Shown: piece by piece, positions 27,612-39,600 of the stretch
How the letters are laid out: the number at the start of each line of letters is the position of its first letter
Position numbering within the stretch: position 1 is the stretch's first letter
DNA from: Rubrivivax sp.
GTDB lineage: Bacteria > Pseudomonadota > Gammaproteobacteria > Burkholderiales > Burkholderiaceae_C
Length of the DNA: 64,000 bases
NCBI GenBank assembly: GCA_044226775.1
Contig: JBGAGI010000007.1
Span: forward strand, 275,879-339,878
Direction: 5' to 3'
Position numbers and translations under genes: made by a program
Notes under the pieces: model-generated
The model's input: only the letters and a program-made list of their open reading frames with translations
Databases searched by the model: none
Told to the model about the DNA's origin: nothing

Positions 27612-30600
27612 ATGCCCACCCGCCACCACGCCGCCTCGCCTGCAGCGCGCCGCCCGGCCGGACCGGGGTCCTCCCGCGGCCGGCGCCGGCGCTCGCCGCA
27701 GCATCGGCCGCGCATCTCGCGCCTGCTGGCCTGGCTGCTGGCGGCCTGGCTGGGCGGCGGCAGCAGCTGGGCACTGGCGCAGGTGGCGCCGGGCGCCCTG
27801 CCCACCGGCGCGCAGGTCCGCGTGGGCAGCGCGCAGCTGCAGCAGGGCGGCAACCAGCTCGTCATCCAGCAGAACAGCGCCAAGCTGGGCCTGGACTGGC
27901 AGAGCTTCAACATCGGCGCCAGTGCGACGGTCGAGTTCCGCCAGCCCGGCGCGAGTTCGATCGCGCTGAACCGCGTGCTGGGCAACAGCGGGACCGAGAT
28001 CTACGGCCAGCTGAAGGCCAACGGCCAGGTCTTCCTGACCAACCCCAACGGCGTGCTGTTCGCACCCGGCGCGCGCGTCGACGTGGGCGGCCTGGTAGCC
28101 AGCACGCTGGACTTGTCCCAGCAGGACTTCGCCGACGGCCGCTACACCTTCACCGCGGGAACCATGGCCACCGGCTCGGTGGTCAACCGCGGCACCTTGC
28201 GCGCCAGCGCGGGCGGCTACCTCGCGCTCTTCGCGCAACAGGTGAACAACGAGGGCGACATCGCCGTCGACTCGGGCGCGGTGATGCTGGCCTCCGGCCG
28301 CGCCGCGACGGTGAGCATCAGCGGCAGCGGCCTGCTGTCGGCCGTGGTGACGCAGGGCGCGGTGCCCGGCCGCGTGGACAACAGCGGCCGCATCGCGGCC
28401 GACGGCGGCGTGGTCACGCTGTCGGCGAAGTCGGCCGAGGGCATCGCCGCCTCGCTGGTGAACAACAGCGGCATCGTGCGCGCGAACGGCATCGTCGAGC
28501 GCGGCGGCGAGGTCTGGATCACCGGCGACGAGGTCAAGCTCGCCGGCACGGTGAGCGCCGACGCCACCGGCCGCGGCGACGGCGGCCGCATCAACGTGCT
28601 GGGTGATGCGAAGCGCGGACGTGTGCTGCTGACGGGTGAACTGCATGCACAGGCCGCCGGCGACGGCCAGGGCGGCTTCGTCGAGACCTCGGCCGCGCAC
28701 GTGCAGGTGGCCGACTCCGGCCGCGTCGCCACGCGCGGTGCCGGCGGCGGCGCGGCCGGCACCTGGCTCATCGACCCGGTCGACTACACGATAGCCGCCA
28801 GCGGCGGCGACATCACCGGCGCCGTGCTCTCGGCCAACCTGGGCAACGGCAACGTCGTCGTGCAGAGCAGCGCGGGCCAGCAGGGCACGGCGGGCAACGT
28901 CGTCGTCAACGACACGGTCAGCTGGTCGGCCAACCGGCTGACGCTCAACGCCTTCGCCAACGTCAACATCAACGCGTCGCTGGTGGGCAGCGGCACGGCC
29001 ACGCTCGCGCTCGAATACGGCCAGGGCGCGGTGGCCACCGGCAACGCGGCCACGTTCACGGTCGGCAGCAGCGCCAGCGTCTCGCTGCCGGCCGGCTCGA
29101 GCTTCAGCACCAAGCTCGGCAGCAACGGCAACACCACGCCCTACACCGTCATCAACACGCTGGCGGCACTGCGGCTGGTGGACGGCAACAGCACGGCGCT
29201 GGCGACCAACTACGCGCTGGGCGCCGACATCGACGCCAGCGACACCGCCACCACCGCTTTCAGCCCGATCGGCAACGAGGCGACGAGCGCGACCGGCGCC
29301 GCCAACAGCTTCAGCGGCCGTTTCGACGGGCTGGGCCATTCGATCGCCAACCTCACGGTCAACGCGCCTTCGGCGCAGGCCGTGGGCCTGTTCGGCAACA
29401 CGAACAACGCCGTCATTCGCAACCTGTCGATCACCGGCACCTCGGCGGTGACGGGCGCGCTGTACGTGGGCGCCGTGGTGGGCGCCGGCAACGGGACCAC
29501 CTCGCTGGACAACGTGCACAGCCTCGCGCGCGTGACCGGCACCAACGCCACCAATGGCGACGTGGGCGGCCTCGTCGGCTACACGGCTACCGGCACGATC
29601 GGCAACTCCAGCGTGGGCCGCGGCGTGGCGCCCGTGCAGGTGAGCGGCGGGCAGTACGTCGGCGGGCTGGTCGGCTTCCAGGGCAGCGGCGCGCTGTCGA
29701 ACGACGACGCCAACGTCGCGATCACCGGCAGCTCGATCTACGCCGGCGGCCTGGCCGGCCGCACCGGCGGCGCCACGAGCAACGGCACCAGCGCGGGCAG
29801 CGTCGCGACCAGCGGCAACGCCTGGATCGGCGGGCTGATCGGCCGCGCCGAGGGCAGCGGCGACATCACCGGCTCCAGCTCCAGCGCCAGCGTCACGACC
29901 ACGAACACCGGCACCTACGCGGGCGGCCTCATCGGCGGCCTGTACGGCGGCAGCGTCAGCGCCAGCAGCGCCAGCGGCAACGTCAGCGGCGGCAACCGCA
30001 CCGGCGGCCTCGTGGGCGACTTCAGCACCAGCGCCGGCGCGATCGTCACCGGCGGCCAGGCCAGCGGCGACGTGGCCGGCAGCACCGATGTCGGCGGCCT
30101 GGTGGGCTATGCCAGCGGCAACGGGCGCATCGTCTCCTCATCGGCCACCGGCAATGTGAGCAACGCGGGCAGCAACGGCCGTGTCGGCGGCGCGGTGGGC
30201 TACTTCGTGCTGAGCGGCGCCTCGCCGATCGTCGGGCTCGGTGCCAGCGGCAATGCCACCGGCGGCTCGATCGCCGGCGGCGTGATCGGCCAGCTCGACA
30301 CGAACGTGGCGCTTTCGCCGGCCAACCTGAGCAGCAATGCGCCGGCCAGCGGCACCAAGACGGTTTCCGCGGCGAGCTGGGCCGGCGGCCTGGTGGGCTA
30401 TCTCAATGCGGCCGGTGCGGTCAGCGGCTACAGCGGCGCCTCGGCGCTCACGGTGAACGTAAGCACCACGGGCGGCGGCGGCGCGGCCGGCGGCATGCTC
30501 GGCCGCAGCGTGGGGCCGGTCTCGGCCAGCGCCGGCAGCGGCACCGTCACGGCGGCCAATGGCTCCGCCGGCGGCCTCGTGGGCCAGGCCGACGGCAACG

Positions 30601-33600
30601 TCGTCTTCGATGGCCTGAGCTTCACCGGCAGTGTCAGCTCCGGCACCACGAGCGGCAGCGTCGGCGGCCTGTTCGGCTCCATCACCGGCACCGGCGCAAC
30701 GCTGACGAATGGCACCGTCGGCACGGCCGGCAGCCCGGTGACGGTGAGCAACGGCAGCTTCACCGGCGGCCTGGTGGGCAGCAGCAGCGCGGCTTCGGTC
30801 AGCGGCACGGCCTACGTCACCATCACCGGCAACGGCAGCTACCTCGGCGGCATCGTGGGCCGCAGCGGCGGCGCGGTGAGCGCCAGCACGGCCACCGGCA
30901 CCCTCACCTCGGCGAGCACCGGCTACGTCGGCGGCCTCGTGGGCCGCGCCGAGAACGCCAGCGGCGGCTCCGACCTGATCAGTGGCAGCACCGCCAACAT
31001 GACGGTCACGGTGAGTTCGACCGGCGCCTACGTCGGCGGCCTGGTCGGCAGCTCGAGCAACGTCGGCATCAGCGGCTCGACCGCCACCGGCACGGTCAGC
31101 GGCGGCGCCCGCACCGGTGGCCTCGTGGGCGACTTCTTCAGCAATGCGCAGACGCCGCTGAACATCGACAGCTCCACGGCCAGCGGCAACGTCTCCGGCG
31201 CCTCCGACACCGGCGGCCTGGTCGGCTACTCGTCGGGCAACGGCGCCATCAGCGGCTCAGGCGCCACCGGCAACGTCAACGGCACGACGAGCAACGGCAG
31301 CATCGGCGGCGCGCTCGGCTACTCCGCGCTGAGCGGCGGCTTCACCGGCTTGACGGCGCAAGGCAACGTTGCCGGCGGAGACACGGGCGGCGGCGTGATC
31401 GGCACGCTCGCGGCCAACCTGGTGCTCGCCCCGGCCAACCTGCGCAGCGTGGCGCCCGCCAGTGGCACGAAGACGGTGAGCAGCAGCTCGGTCGCCGGCG
31501 GGCTGATCGGCAACAGCCAGAGTTCGCAGCTGATCAGCGGCTTCACCGGCAGCAACGCGATGAGCGCCGACGTCAGCGCCACCGCCAGCGGCGGCACCGC
31601 CGGCGGCCTGCTCGGCATCAGCCGCGGGCCGGTGGCCAACAGCACGTCCAGCAGCGCCGTGAGCGGCCAGACGGCCGGCGGGCTGGTGGGCAATGCCTCG
31701 ACCAGCATCGCCGGCACGCTCACCGACGTGTCCGCCAGCGGCAGCGTCACCGGCACCGGCAGTGGCGGCTCGATCGGCGGCCTCGTGGGCGTGGTCAGCG
31801 GCAGCCTCAGCATCGCGCACGGCACGGCCAGCGGCGTGGTCAGCAACGGCGGCATCGCCGGCGGGCTGGTCGGCAGCTTCAGCGGCAGCGGCAGCATCGT
31901 CGCCAACGGCAGCGGCGAGATCTCGCAGGCCGGCGGCGCGGTCTCGGGCCGCACGCAGGCGGGCGGCCTGGTGGGCGACGCCGGCGGCAGCGGCTCGATC
32001 ACCGGCGCCCTGGCCACCGGCCGCGTGGCCGGCAGCGCCAGCGGCGGCGACCTGGGCGGCCTGGTGGGCCGCTTCCGCATGAGCGGCGGCATCGGCGGCA
32101 GCGAGGCGCGCGGCAACGTCACGGGCGACCTGTCGTCCAACGCCGGCGGCCTCGTGGGCCGGGTGGACGACGGCGCGGGCGACATCACGGCGAGCCGCTC
32201 GACGGCCTCGGCCGTGTCGGGCGGCATCGCCGGCGGGTTCATCGGCAGCGTGACCGTCTACGACGGTTTCTCGATCATCGACGGCCACGCACGGGCCGAC
32301 GTCGCGGGCGACAGCTACGTGGGCGGCCTGGTGGGCTACCTCGGCGGCGGCAGCCCGAGCAACGCCGCGGGCGTGCTGCGCGACGTGAGCGCCAGTGGCC
32401 GCGTCACGGGCACGAACTATGTCGGCGGCCTGGTCGGATCGCTGCAGGGCCGCAGCATCGTGAACGGGCAGGCCACCGGCCCCGTGGTGGGCACCTCCTC
32501 GCTCGGCCAGAACGTGCTGTACATCGGCGGCCTGGTGGGCGAGTTCAACAGCGGCTACTGGGGCACGGCGCAGACGATCAGCGGCGCCAGCAGCGCCAGC
32601 GGCAGCGTCACGTCCGATTCGTACTACTCGTACGCCGGCGGCCTGGTCGGCTACATGAACGGCCAGACGGCGCTCAGCAACGTCTCGGCCAGCGGCGCGG
32701 TGACGCAGCTGGACACCATCAGTGGCGGCACCAGCAGTTCCAGCCACTACGCCGGCGGCCTGGTGGGCCTGGCCAGCGGCATCATCGGCATCGACCACGG
32801 CAGCACCGGCCCGGGCAGCAACGTCACCGGGCGCGGCGTCTCGGGCGGCCTGGTCGGCTACTTCGCGTCGTCGAGTTCACCCACCCTGGCCTTCGCCTAC
32901 GGCGGCTCGATCACCGGCAGCACGGTCTCCGGCGTCACGGTGACCGGGTTCGACGGCGTCGGCGGCCTGGTCGGCCAGTTCAGCTCGAACAGCGGCAACA
33001 TCAACAACAGCTCGGCGCTGCTGGTGGCCGTGCGCAGCGCCGGCACCGGTGCCAGCTACCTGGGCGGGCTGGCCGGCAGCGCCAGCCTGGGCACGAACGC
33101 CTTCCGCGTCTCGGCCACCGGCAGCGTCAGCGGCGTCGCGCAGTACGCCGGCGGCCTGTTCGGCGAACTCAGCAGCGGCGGCATCGAGACCAGCAGCGCC
33201 AACGTCACGATCTCGGGCGCCGTGCAGCTGGCCGGCGGGCTCGTCGGGCGCGCGGTGCCCTCCATCGCGAATGCCTGGATCCGCGACAGCAGCGCGGCCG
33301 GCGATGTGTCCAGCACACGTTCGTCCGCGTTCGCCGGCGGCCTCGTCGGCCAGTACTCCAACAGCTCGGGCTACGGCAGCATCGTCAACAGCAGCGCCAG
33401 CGGCGACGTGACGCTGAGCGGCAACACGTCCACCGGCGGCGGGCTCGTCGGCAACTATTCGAGCAGCACGGCCCGCGCGAGCGACGACATCAACGGCAGC
33501 TTCGCCTCGGGCGACGTGACGACGACACAGATCGGCGGCGGCCTGGTCGGCCAGTTCACCGGCGTGCGCGGCATCGTGCTCAGCGGCGCGACCGGCAACG

Positions 33601-36600
33601 TCACGCTCACCACGCTGGACGGCGTGCAGGCCGGCGGCCTGGCCGGCATATTCCAGGCGCTGACCAGCGGCACCGCCACCGGTCTCATCGACCGCAGCTA
33701 TGCCAGCGGCAACGTGGCGGGCACACCGGGCAAGGTGCTGGGCAACTTCGCCACCGCCACCGCGGGCGGCCTGGTGGGCCTGCTGCGCACGCCGCTGGCG
33801 ACCACCGTGGCCATCAGCGACGCCTACGCCACCGGCAGCGTCACGCTGGCCAGCAGCAGCACGTCGAACTCGTCGACGATCGTCGAGGGCGGCCTCGTGG
33901 GCGAGTCGCAGGGCAGCATCCTGCGCGGCTACGCGACCGGGGCCGTCAGCGGCTCGGGTGCGGTCACCGTCACCGCCGGCGGACTGGTCGGCCGGCTCAC
34001 GAACGGCCGCAGCACCGCCACCGCGACGGCCAGCCTCTGGGCCGCCGACAGCACCGGCCGCAGCACCAGCGCCGGCGGCGGCACGGCCTCCACGCTGGCC
34101 GCGATGCGCCAGGCCGCGACCTTCACCGCCGCGGGCTGGCCCTCGATCTCCTCGGCCTTCTCCTCCGGCACCACCTGGCGCGTCTACGAAGGCCTGACGA
34201 CGCCGCTGCTGGCCGACCTGCTCAAGCCGCTGAACCTCACGCTGAGCGACGCGAGCAAGGTCTACGACGGCACCACTTCGTTCGGCAACGCGACGCTGCC
34301 GGGCGTGCAGAACCCGGACAAGCTGTTCATCACCAGCCCCTCCCCGAACGTCGGCAGCTACGGCTTCACGGCCGCCAGCGTCTTCTCGAACCAGCAGGGC
34401 TACAACATCGGCAGCATCAGCGGCAGCGGCACGCTGAGCATCACGCCGCGCGCGCTGACGCTGGCCGGCACGGTGGCCGACAAGGTCTACGACGCCACGC
34501 GCGACGCCACCTTCAAGCCCGGCGCGCAGCCGCTGGGCCTGGTGGCCGGCGAAGACCTGGTGCTGGACACCTCGACGGCGCTGGCCGCCTTCGACACGAA
34601 GAACGTCGGCAGCGCCAAGGCGGTCACGATCACCGGCGTGACGCTGGCCAACGGCACCCGCGGCCTGGCCTCGAACTACTCGCTGTCGACCACCGGCGCG
34701 ACCGCCACGGTGACGCCCGCCACCTTGAACGCCGGCGGCTTCAGCGCCGTCGACCGTGTCTACAACGGCAGCACGCTGGTGCAGGTGAACGCGACGAGCG
34801 GCACGCTGGACGGCGTGCTGGGCACCGACCAGGTCTCGGTGGACCTGTCCGGCGTGACCAGCGGCACGATGGCCAACAAGAACGTCGGCAATGCGAAGAC
34901 GGTGACCGTCTCCGGCATCGCCCTCGGCGGCGCCGACGCGGGCAACTACCTCCTCGCGGGCAGCAGCAACGTCACGGTCAACATCACGCCGCGCACGCTC
35001 ACCGTCGACGGCCTGGCACCGCCCTCGCGCACCTACGACAGCGCCACCGACGTCTATACGCCGGCCAACGGCGCCACGCTGAACGGGCTGATCACCGGCG
35101 ACGTAGTGGGCCTGGCCGACAGCTACTTCTACGGCACGATCGCCGACAAGAACGTCGGCACCGCCAAGCCCGTGACCTACGGCGCCGGCGTCATCCGGCT
35201 GCGCGGCGTCGATGCGGCGAACTACACGCCGCAGGCCGGCGCGACCGCGGTCGACGTGACGCCGGCACAGGTGGGGATCGGGGTCAACTTCCAGAACGGC
35301 TCGAACACCAAGGTCTACGACGGCAGCGCGGCCGCGCCCTTCGTCATCACCTCGGTGTTCAAGTATGCCGGCGACGACCTCACGCTGAGCACCTCGACGC
35401 CCAGCTTCGCCGACAAGAACGTCGCCTACGACAGCAACGGCAACGTCGTCTCGCGCCAGATCACCATCGCCGGCGGCGTGCTCTCCGGAGCCGATGCCGG
35501 CAACTACCAGCTGCAGAGCACCACCAGGACGACCTCCGGCACGATCACGCCGCGGCCGCTGGCCGTGACCGGCGTGTCGGCGACGCCCCGCGCCTACGAC
35601 GGCACCGCCAACGTCGAGGTGAACCTCGCGAACGTCTCGGTCGACACGACCGTCGTCGTGCCCAACGACGACGTCGCGGTCCAGCTGCCCGGCAGCAGCA
35701 CCGTCACCGGCACGATCCCGAACAAGAACGCCGGCAACAACCGCCCGGTGACGGTGCCCGGCCTCGCGCTGACCGGTGCCGACCGCCGCAACTACACGCT
35801 GACGGGCACCAACGGCGTCACGGTGAACATCGCGCAGCGCGACGTGACCGCGGTCTACACCGGCCTGTCCCGGCCCTACGACGGCGGCACCAGCGCCTGG
35901 GTCTCCGCGGCGGAGGCGCCGGGGACGGAGTTCATCGCCAACGACAACATCGTCTTCAGCACCAACTACATCCCCTCGAGCCCCTGCTACCTGACCTGCG
36001 GCTTCTTCCCCGGCACCGGCACCGCGCCGCGCAGCGCGGGCACCGGCAAGGCCTTCACGATCAACAGCGTCTACCTGGTCGGCACGGATGCCGCCAACTA
36101 CCGCCTCACGAACCCGAGCGGCAGCGGCACGGCCACGGTCACGCCCAAGGACATCACCGCCGCCTTCACCGGCACGAGCAAGGTCTACGACGGCAGCGCC
36201 TCGGCCGACGGCGCGGTGGGCCTGAACAAGGGCAACAGCGGCATCTTCTCCTTCGACAACGTCACGTCCACGCAGAGCGCCGTGTTCACCGACGCGGTGC
36301 CCAAGAACGTCGGCACGAACAAGCCGGTGGCGATCTCCGGCATCGTGCTGGGCGGCACGGAGGCCGGCAACTACAGGCTCCTCACCACGACGGCCAGCGC
36401 CACGGCCGGCGTCACCGCCAAGCCGGTGACGGTCAGCGGCATCAGCGCCATCGACCGCAACTACGACGGCACGACGGCGGTGCAGCTCAACGTCGGCGCG
36501 CTCGGCTCGGCCGGTTTCGTGCAGAACGACGTGGTCAGCGTCGTGCCGCCCACGGGCAACGCCGGCACCATCGCCGACAAGAACGCCGGCAACGCCAAGC

Positions 36601-39600
36601 CGGTGACGGTCACGGGCCTGGCGCTCACCGGCGCCGACGCCGCCAACTACCGCATCGATGCCGCGGCCAGCGGCATCACGGTGAACATCGCCAAGCGGCC
36701 GCTGACGGCCACCTACACCGGCGTGGCACGCCCCTACGATGGCAGCACGCTGGCCACGGTGACGGCCGCGTCGGCCGACATCGTCGTCGGCGACACCGTC
36801 AGCTTCACGCAGACGGCGCAGTTCACCGGCCCCGACGCGCGCAACACCGGCACCGCCAAGCCGGTGGCCGTGACCGGCATCGCCATCGACAGCGGCTCGC
36901 AGGCCAACTACGCGCTGCAGAACACCACCGCCAGCACCACCGCGGACATCACCGCGCGGGGCGTGACGGTCACCTTCACCGGCGTGAGCCGCGTCTACAA
37001 CGGCGCCGACGACCACAGCATCAGCGTCAACGGCACCTCGTCCGACGACGTGTTCCGCGTCGACGCGGTGCAGATCACGCAGCAGGCCGTGCTGGCCGGC
37101 GACGGCAACGCGGGCACCGGCAAGGCGGTGAACGTCAGCGGCATCGCCCTGAGCGGCCCGGGCGCCTCCAACTACACGCTGGCCAACACGACGGCCACCA
37201 CCACCGCGACGATCCTGCCCAGGCCGATCGGCGTGACCGGCATCACCGCCACCAGCCGCGCCTACGACGGCACCGACGTGGTCGCGGTCAACCTGAGCAA
37301 CGCCACGCTGGACCGCAGCGCCATCCTGGGCACCGACGCGCTGACGCTCGTCACGCCCGGCGGCAGCAGCACCGGCACGCTGCACGCCGGCAAGAACGCC
37401 GGCCTGGGCAAGGTGGTCGACGTGTCCGGGCTGCTGCTGTCGGGCGCCTCCGCCGCCAACTACACCGTGGCCGGCGCCAGCGGGCTGACGGTGGACATCA
37501 CGCCCAAGCCCGTCAGCGCCACCTACCGCGCCGCCGACAAGACCTACGACGGCAGCGCGAACGCGGCCATCACCGCGCAGTCCGCAGGCTTCGAGGCCGT
37601 GGACGTGGGCGCCGTGGGCATCAGCGCCAGCGGCTCCTTCTCGGACAAGAACGCGGCCAGCGGCAAGACGGTGAGCGTGCTGGCCGGCTTCCTCACCGGC
37701 GTGGAGCGCGGCAACTACAGCCTGCTGAACCCGACGGGCCAGACCACCGCGACGATCTCGCCCAAGCTGCTGACGGCCGCCTACACCGGCGGCAGCCGCG
37801 TCTACGACCAGGGCGTGAGCGCGCCGGTGACGGCGCAGCGCACCGGCGTGATCGCCGGCGACGACCTCTCGTTCACGCAGACGGCCGTGTTCACCGGCGC
37901 GAACGCGAAGAACGCGGGCAGCAACAAGGCGATCGCGATCACCGGCATCGCGCTGGCCGGCGCCGATGCCGGCAACTACCGGCTGCAGGCCACCACCGCC
38001 AGCGCCACCGGCACCGTCACGCCCAAGGACCTGACGGTCAGCGGGCTGACCAACGTCACCGCCACGAACCGCGTCTACGACGGCACGCCGACGGTCGAGG
38101 TGACGATCCCCAGCGGCAGCGTGATCACGCCCAACAGCGCCGACATCATCAGCGGCGACGACGTCTCGATCAGCGTGCCGGTCGCCGGTGTCACCACCGG
38201 CACGATGCGCGACAAGAACGTCGGTACCGACAAGCCGCTGACGATCACCGGCTTGTCGCTGTCGGGCACCGACAAGGACAACTACCAGATCGTCGGCGCG
38301 GCCGGCGTGACGGTGAACATCAGCCCGCTGGCGATCAGCGCGAGCTACGCCGGCATCTCGCGCGCCTACGACGGCAGCGTCAACGCCAGCGTGCGCGGCA
38401 GCTCCGCCGGCATCCTGGGCGGCGACAGCCTCACCATCAGCGGCAGCGGCGTCTTCACCGGCGCCGGTGCGAAGAACGTCGGCACCGGCAAGGCGATCGA
38501 CGTGCGCAGCGCCAGCCTCTCCGGCGTGGACGCGCGCAACTACACGCTCACCAACCCGAGCGGCGCGGCCACGGGCGACGTGACGCCGCTCTTCCTCACC
38601 GCCAGCTACAGCGGCGGCACGCGCGTCTACGACGGCGGCACTGCGGCACCGGTCACCGGCAGCGCCGGCTTCGTCGGCGGCGACGACATCCGCCTCGTGC
38701 AGAACGCCGTCTTCACCGGCGCCACGGCGCGCGACGCCGGCACGAACAAGGCCATCAGCGTCACCGGCATCACGCTGGCCGGCACCGACGCGGCCAACTA
38801 CCGGCTCAACAACGCCAGCGCCACCACCAGCGGCACCGTCACGCCCAAGCCGATCCGCATCGACGGGCTCACCGGCGTCAGCGCGCACGACCGCGTCTAC
38901 GACGGCACGCGCGATGTCGTGGTCGACGTGCTGTCCAACGGCACCATCACCGTCAACACCGCCGACATCGTGCCGGGCGACCTGGTCGACGTGGCGGTGC
39001 CGCAGACCGGCACGACCACGGGCCGGATGGCCGACAAGAACGTCGGCGTCGGCAAGGCGGTCACCGTCACCGGCCTGGGGCTCAGCGGGACCGACGCGCA
39101 CAACTACACGATCAACGTCGCCAACGGTGTGACCGTCAACATCTCGCCGCTGGCGCTCACCGCCACCTACGGTGGCGTGGCGCGGATCTACGACGGCGGC
39201 ACCACGGCCAGCGTCACCGGCTCGGCATCGGGCATCGTCGTGGGCGATGCGCTGACGATCACCGGCAGCGGCGTGTTCACCGGCGCCGGCGCGAAGAACG
39301 CCGGCACGGCCAAGCCGATCGAGGTGCTGAGCGCGCAGCTGGGCGGCACCGACGCGCGCAACTACACCCTCGTCAACACGACCGGCAGCGCCAGCGGCGA
39401 CATCCTGCGCCGGCAGCTGGGCGTGACCTACGCCGACGTGACACGCGTCTACGACGGCACCGTGCTCGCGCCGGTAACGGGCACGCTCGACGCGACCGAC
39501 TTCATCGCCGGCGACAAGGTCACGCTGTCGCAGAGCGCGGTGTTCACCGGCACGGGCGCGAAGAACGTCGGCAGCGGCAAGGCGGTGAGCATCAGCGGCA

